64,000 nucleotides of DNA, taken from an uncultured Gammaproteobacteria bacterium (GTDB lineage Bacteria; Pseudomonadota; Gammaproteobacteria; UBA9214). How positions within the stretch are numbered: the first letter of the stretch is position 1; every line of letters starts with the position of its first letter. A program made the translations under genes and the position numbers. The stretch lies in contig CAVVHS010000006.1 in assembly GCA_963748215.1 (NCBI GenBank), positions 128,001-192,000 of the forward strand, written 5' to 3'. Below, piece after piece: positions 59,014-64,000 of this stretch. The notes under the pieces were generated by a model. It had not been told where the DNA came from, made no database searches, and saw nothing but the letters and a program-made list of their open reading frames with translations.

Positions 59014-59027
59014 TTGATCCGGGTCAA
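59014..59027 (+). promoter_or_regulatory. Putative FNR-family binding site
   Basis: TTGAT-CCGG-GTCAA with -10-like TAACAT at 59051-59056 (class II spacing). Confidence 0.65.
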
Positions 59028-59120
59028 TGTGGTCGCGGGCCGTGTGGTTTTAACATCAAGCTGTAAAACAGTGATCAGACACCCGTGCCGTGCGGCACGC
59101 ACACACGATCAGGAGCACAC

Positions 59121-59480
59121 ATGAAACAACCCATCATCACAGTGGAGTTCGGCGCCCGGGCAGAAGGGGTCGATTACCAGGAGGAAAGCGTACCGATCCA
59201 CAGCCCGGAAGAGTTGTTCGCCTTCGTCGCGCCGGGTGGCGGCTGCGAGCGCATACCGGACGAGGTCGATGAAATCCAGATGGTGTTCCTGCATCCCGAA
59301 CATCCCAATCTCACCAACCCGGCAGCCGACGTGCGCGCGACCCTGCAGCTCGGCATGGTGTACTTTACCGGGCCGCTGGCGGAGATCAGTCGTACCGCGG
59401 AGGAGCTGATGGACCGCTACGGTCGCGGTGAGCTCTCGCAGTCCTTCATGCGTGTGGCCGGGCTCGAGCGCGCCACGTGA
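59121..59480 (+). CDS. Hypothetical protein (119 aa)
   Basis: AGGAG RBS and host-like codon usage; no family recognised. Confidence 0.75.
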   Translation: MKQPIITVEFGARAEGVDYQEESVPIHSPEELFAFVAPGGGCERIPDEVDEIQMVFLHPEHPNLTNPAADVRATLQLGMVYFTGPLAEISRTAEELMDRYGRGELSQSFMRVAGLERAT

Positions 59481-59538
59481 CACGTGCCGAAAGCCATTGC
59501 GCGCCACAGGTGTCCGGACGCCTGCGGCGCGCAACGGC

Positions 59539-61131
59539 ATGACCGGGATCCCCGCAGCGTCCCGCACCCTGATCGCCGCCCTGCAGCAGGCGGACGTATA
59601 CGATCACCCCGTGCAGGCGATCGAGTTGATCGAGACCCATATTTCCTGGGTCATCCTGACCGGCGACTACGTCTACAAGATCAAGAAACCCGTCGATCTC
59701 GGTTTTCTGGATTTCTCCACGCTGGCTAAACGCCATGACTGCTGCACGGAAGAGGTGCGCCTGAATCGCCGCCTGGCGCCGGACCTGTACCTCGGCGTGG
59801 TGGCCATCACCGGCACACCGGAACGACCGCAGCCGGGCGGGACGGGTGCGGTCATCGAGTACGCCGTGCAGATGGCGCAGTTTCCGCAGCAGGCGCAGTT
59901 CGACCGCATGCTGGCGCGCGGCGCGCTGAGGGCGGTGCACATCGATGCCGTGGCGCAGCTGATCGCCGATTTTCACCGCCAGGCAGATGTTGCCGCAGCG
60001 GACACCGCATTCGGTGATCCCGTGACGGTGTTCCGGCCGGTCGAGGAAAATTTCCGGCAGGTACGTGACTGCATCGGACAGGATGCCCCCGCGCTGGAAC
60101 AGCTCGCCGTGCTGGAACAGTGGAGCCGGAAGACCTTTGAGCGGCTGCGCAGCGTGATCGGTTCGCGCAAGGCCGGTGGCTTTGTGCGCGAATGTCACGG
60201 CGACCTGCACCTGCGCAACCTGGCCTGGGTCGATGACCGGCCGCTGGCATTCGACTGCATCGAGTTCAATCCGGCCTTGCGCTGGATCGATGTCATCAGC
60301 GAAGTGGCCTTCCTGGTCATGGACCTGCAGGACCACGAACGGGCGCAGCTGGCACGACGTTTCCTGAATGGTTATCTCGAACGCGGCGGTGATTACGCGG
60401 GTGTGCGCGTGTTGCCGTTCTACCTGGCCTATCGCGCCATGGTGCGCGCGAAGGTAGAGGCGATACGCGTGTCGCAACCGGGAACCGGCGGCGCCGGGCG
60501 GGACGCCGGCCTGGATGCATTTCACGGCTACCTTGAACTGGCGGGTCACTACACGGCGACCAGCCGGCCGGTGCTGCTCGTCACCCGTGGCCTGTCCGCC
60601 TCGGGCAAGACCACGCTGACGCAACCCTTGCTGGAACAGCTCGGTGCCATCCGCATTCGCTCGGACGTGGAGCGCAAGCGCCTGTTCGACCTGCCGGCGC
60701 AGGCCGACGGCCAGGCCGCCGTCGGGCAGGGGATCTACACCCCGGACGCCGGCCGCAGGACCTATGCCCGTCTCGCCGAACTGGCCGGTACCGTGCTGGA
60801 GGCGGGTTTTTCGGTGATCGTCGATGCCGCCTGCCTGAAGACGGACCAGCTGGCGCTGTTCCGCACACTGGCCGACAGGCACGGGGTCGCGTGTGTCATC
60901 CTGGAATTCCATGCCCCCGCTGACGTACTGCGCGCACGTATCGTGCAGCGTAAGAAGGGTGTCTCAGACGCGGACCTTGCCGTCCTGGAGCATCAACTGG
61001 CTAACTGGCAGGCACTGCCGGAATCCGACGCGGCCGGCTGCATCCGCATCGATACACAGGCCGCGTTCGATGCGGCTGTCGTGCAGGCGCGGATCGAGGT
61101 ATTGGGCGCCGTCAGCAGGTCCAGCCTCTAG
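59539..61131 (+). CDS. Bifunctional APH-like phosphotransferase / P-loop kinase (Rv2004c-like)
   Basis: ETHISWV, RECHGDLHLRN, FDCIEFN, GLSASGKT, RSDVERKRL. Confidence 0.9.
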   Translation: MTGIPAASRTLIAALQQADVYDHPVQAIELIETHISWVILTGDYVYKIKKPVDLGFLDFSTLAKRHDCCTEEVRLNRRLAPDLYLGVVAITGTPERPQPGGTGAVIEYAVQMAQFPQQAQFDRMLARGALRAVHIDAVAQLIADFHRQADVAAADTAFGDPVTVFRPVEENFRQVRDCIGQDAPALEQLAVLEQWSRKTFERLRSVIGSRKAGGFVRECHGDLHLRNLAWVDDRPLAFDCIEFNPALRWIDVISEVAFLVMDLQDHERAQLARRFLNGYLERGGDYAGVRVLPFYLAYRAMVRAKVEAIRVSQPGTGGAGRDAGLDAFHGYLELAGHYTATSRPVLLVTRGLSASGKTTLTQPLLEQLGAIRIRSDVERKRLFDLPAQADGQAAVGQGIYTPDAGRRTYARLAELAGTVLEAGFSVIVDAACLKTDQLALFRTLADRHGVACVILEFHAPADVLRARIVQRKKGVSDADLAVLEHQLANWQALPESDAAGCIRIDTQAAFDAAVVQARIEVLGAVSRSSL

Positions 61132-61361
61132 CCTGCATTACTCGCCGGGCGGCTGTTCCCAAATCGAGTGGGTAGATTGCCGTTACAGGGCCGAATCCAT
61201 TCGACCAACAATCTTGCCATCGGAAGCAATGCGTCTCGTCTGAATTGATGTGTTACCCACTCAATCAGGGGAAGATCCTTACGGGCATAGCCTCTCGACC
61301 CGGGCTATGCCCGTAAAAATGGCTCACCTTCTCCGGGATCCCGGTGAGAAATCCGGGCTAG
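61128..61361. mobile_element. Degenerate MITE-like element between convergent genes
   Basis: CTAGCCTGCATTACTCGCCGGG versus the reverse complement of the right end, CTAGCCCGGATTTCTCACCGGG (18/22); internal hairpin ACGGGCATAGCC...GGCTATGCCCGT. Confidence 0.65.
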
Positions 61362-61666
61362 CCGCCGCGATCATCCAGTTCCGTGGGCTGCCCGAGTGCG
61401 TGCTCGTAGGGATGATTGAGCGGTGTGTCGAGAAACGCCTTGCGGGTTTGCTCGGTTTCAAAATAGACGGTGAGCTTGCCATCCACGATGAACGGATGGC
61501 CCGCTACCGCGCCGATGTCGTGTCCGGTGATCGGATCGATGGTACCGATCATGTGATCCGGCTGATGCAGCAGGTGGCTCTGTTCCTGGTCACGTGGCAG
61601 CGGCGAGGTGGCAACCCAGTTGAGTTCCTCGAACCGCAGGGTATGTGCTGATGTATTGCTATTCAT
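61358..61666 (-). CDS. Hypothetical protein with a YHS/TRASH-like segment lacking Cys
   Basis: DPITGHDI...DGKLTVYFETEQTRKAFL; GGAGG RBS. Confidence 0.65.
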   Translation of the reverse strand: MNSNTSAHTLRFEELNWVATSPLPRDQEQSHLLHQPDHMIGTIDPITGHDIGAVAGHPFIVDGKLTVYFETEQTRKAFLDTPLNHPYEHALGQPTELDDRGG

Positions 61667-61744
61667 GTCGGTAACTCCTCCGCATGTGCGGCGGTGGCTC
61701 GGTGAACACAATGCTCACCGGCTCGGAATGCAAAAACAGGCGCA

Positions 61745-62254
61745 TCAAACGTGCAGGATGTCGAGGTGCCAGCCGACGCCGCCGGGCACCGCACCGGGGT
61801 GATGCCGGTGTACCAGCGATTCCACGTACGATACCTGCTGCACCGGTACGTCGACCATCAGCAGCAGTTCGCCATGATGAATGGCGTCGGTGAACTCCGA
61901 CAGGTGCACATTGGGAATGCGTGCTGTGAACACCACCCCGGCCGCGAACGTGACCAGCATGACTGCGGCGGGTATCAGCAGCGAGGTCCAGTGCACCTGC
62001 AGCAGCAACAGTCCGGCCGCTGCCAGCAGGGCAACGAAGAATATCGCCAGGTTACCGTCCCATAACCAGGTTTCCAGTCGTCCGCCGGTGTCCCTGAGCT
62101 GTTTGGACGTGGCAACCGGCAAATCGCCCGTCTCCATGCCCGGTCTTGTCACCACGTGCATGGTCTTGTAGCGGATGCCGCTGCTCGTCAGGTCATCGAT
62201 CACCGCGCGGGTATGGGCGGCATCGGGTAGCAGAAAATACAAACGACGTTTCAT
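61745..62254 (-). CDS. Hypothetical membrane protein (DUF1269-like)
   Basis: MKRRLYFLLPD, two TMs, GELLLMVDVP; GGAG RBS. Confidence 0.75.
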   Translation of the reverse strand: MKRRLYFLLPDAAHTRAVIDDLTSSGIRYKTMHVVTRPGMETGDLPVATSKQLRDTGGRLETWLWDGNLAIFFVALLAAAGLLLLQVHWTSLLIPAAVMLVTFAAGVVFTARIPNVHLSEFTDAIHHGELLLMVDVPVQQVSYVESLVHRHHPGAVPGGVGWHLDILHV

Positions 62255-62286
62255 AATTGACTCCACACCGGTCCGTGTATGGCCGG

Positions 62287-62622
62287 TCACTGCATGTAGG
62301 TTTTCGCTTCCTCACCCGGGTCGGGCAGTCCCGCGATGCGCCAGGCCTCGCGTTCGCTGCGAAACAGACGCTCCAAGCAATGCCTGCCGAGGTGGTGCTG
62401 GTTGCACAGGTGACTGAATGCCGGCGGTGCTGTGCCGAAGCGCCGATAATGTTCACGCAGGGCGTTAATGATCAGCCAGTGATCGTGCGTCAGTTCCGGC
62501 AGGCCGTCGCACTGCGCGAGAACGATGGCGACGTCCTCGGACCAGTCGCGCGGATCATCGAGAAAACCCTCGCTGCCCAGCAGGTCGCCGAGGTGTTCAA
62601 TCGAGTGTGTCATTTCAGCCAT
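62287..62622 (-). CDS. TusE/DsrC/DsvC-family protein lacking C-terminal Cys (RspA-like)
   Basis: EGFLDDPRDWSEDVA, ELTHDHWLII, AWRIAGLPDPGEEAKTYMQ; start uncertain. Confidence 0.85.
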   Translation of the reverse strand: MAEMTHSIEHLGDLLGSEGFLDDPRDWSEDVAIVLAQCDGLPELTHDHWLIINALREHYRRFGTAPPAFSHLCNQHHLGRHCLERLFRSEREAWRIAGLPDPGEEAKTYMQ

Positions 62623-62870
62623 CGTAATGTCACTGCAGTGCCTTCCACTGGCGTCACGGATGACCGGAAAGGCCTGCCTCCTGGGGTGGGAGCATGCACT
62701 AACACTAGGACATGTCTGCGCTTTGTCAAGGTGGTCCGCGTCGTGCGTCATTCGCGGCAACCCGGCGGATGCCGGTTTTTTAAGACAGCCGTTAAATTCC
62801 AGCCGGTTTAACCCCGTTCGCTGCCGCGCAACGTTTACAGCATGACAAGCCTACCCTCAAGGAGCGTGTC

Positions 62871-64000
62871 ATGACCTGTCTGAACCCAAAACACCTGGTG
62901 TTTTCCGTAACCGTTGTACTGCTGGCCGGCGCCTGCAGTGTCGAGACCGATGGGCGCAACAGCGCGTTCCGTCCAACCGACGTATCGCCGGTGCCTGTGC
63001 CGTCCGTGCCACCCGGGCAGGGTGTGATGCCGGCACGGGAAGACGACATGACCGGCGGCCAGGCGCGGCGCGCGCCGGCCGCACGCATGGCGCAGTTCAG
63101 CAGGCTCAAGGCGCAGCCCGTGCCGGATTTCCGCCAGGCCATGGAGCCGCTCAATCGCGAACACTACGCCCGCTTCAATGACAACCCGTTGCAGCGGGTC
63201 GACGCGCAGCCTTTTTCCACCTTCAGCATCGATGTCGATACCGGCGCCTACAGTAACCTGCGGCGCATGCTCAATGCCGGCAGCAGGCCGGTGCACGATG
63301 CCATTCGTACGGAGGAACTGGTCAACTACTTCAGCTACGACTACCCGCGCCCGGACCGGCGCGGTGCACCGTTCTCCATCACCACCGAGGTCGGTCCGAC
63401 ACCGTGGAATGCCGACACGCAGCTACTGCATATCGGCATCCAGGGCTACGATGTGCCGAAACAGGACTTGCCGGCGGCCAACCTGGTCTTCCTGGTCGAC
63501 GTGTCCGGTTCCATGCGCTCGCCGGACAAACTGGAGCTGCTCAAGTCGGGCCTGAAACTGCTGGCCCGGCAGCTCGACCAGGATGACCGCGTGTCGCTCG
63601 TGGTGTATGCCGGCGCCTCCGGCATCGTGCTGCAGCCGACGCCCGGCGATCAGACGGCAGCCATCACGGCGGCGCTGGATACGCTCACCGCCGGTGGCTC
63701 GACCAACGGCGGTGCCGGCATCCGGCTGGCCTATGCAGTTGCACGCCAGGCATTCATCAAGCATGGCATCAACCGTGTGATCCTGGCCACCGACGGGGAT
63801 TTCAATGTCGGCACCGTCGATTTCGAAATGCTCAAGCAGCTGGTCGCGGAACAGCGCGACAGTGGCATCGGCCTGACGACGCTCGGCTTCGGCAGCGGCA
63901 ACTACAACGACCAGCTGATGGAACAGCTGGCCGATGCCGGCAATGGCAACTACGCCTACATCGATACCCTGGGCGAGGCCGGCAAGGCGCTGGTGGACGA
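62871..64000 (+). CDS. YfbK-like vWA-domain lipoprotein, truncated by the window end
   Basis: AAGGAG RBS, lipobox LAGAC, PFSTFSIDVDTGAY, LVDVSGSM, ILATDGDFNVG; not in the ORF track. Confidence 0.9.
   Translation, partial: MTCLNPKHLVFSVTVVLLAGACSVETDGRNSAFRPTDVSPVPVPSVPPGQGVMPAREDDMTGGQARRAPAARMAQFSRLKAQPVPDFRQAMEPLNREHYARFNDNPLQRVDAQPFSTFSIDVDTGAYSNLRRMLNAGSRPVHDAIRTEELVNYFSYDYPRPDRRGAPFSITTEVGPTPWNADTQLLHIGIQGYDVPKQDLPAANLVFLVDVSGSMRSPDKLELLKSGLKLLARQLDQDDRVSLVVYAGASGIVLQPTPGDQTAAITAALDTLTAGGSTNGGAGIRLAYAVARQAFIKHGINRVILATDGDFNVGTVDFEMLKQLVAEQRDSGIGLTTLGFGSGNYNDQLMEQLADAGNGNYAYIDTLGEAGKALVD

Noticed and set aside
62762-62781. Terminator or attenuator hairpin CCGGC-GGAT-GCCGG-T6 before the vWA gene
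   Set aside because: Only a 5-bp stem and no upstream plus-strand transcript is evident

Overview
This 64 kb window is GC-rich and probably gammaproteobacterial. A DsrC/TusE-like gene suggests a sulfur-oxidiser, but that is inference. From left to right it holds: a moxR-DUF58-DUF4381-batA operon; an OmpR-type two-component pair; kup; a decayed carbohydrate island (frameshifted glgP plus glgX, ppk2, zwf and SulP-STAS fragments); MscS and a GluR0-like K+ channel; a dedA-mprF-DUF599-acvB lipid-modification operon; pyk, an APC permease and pcm; a Cache-HAMP-PAS sensor with no output domain; hemN and malic enzyme. A ~17 kb phosphate/polyphosphate block follows. It runs from ppk1 to a two-domain PPK2 and includes a 2-phosphoglycerate-kinase-like protein, a PhoU fused to a catalytically dead LMW-phosphatase domain, and two PstB proteins with complementary degenerate motifs. 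Next is an FNR-box-marked stress cluster (Lon-like ATPase, proline-rich microprotein, class II RNR, kinase fusion), then a Cys-less DsrC-like operon and a YfbK-like vWA gene. Intergenic DNA holds modular arrays built from three unrelated repeat types (GTAG REPs, CACGGAA triads, GAGACGT heptamers), a nested MITE, and MITEs sitting on CTAG stop codons. No tRNA, rRNA, CRISPR or transposase was seen. All family calls come from motif recognition by eye, with no database searches.
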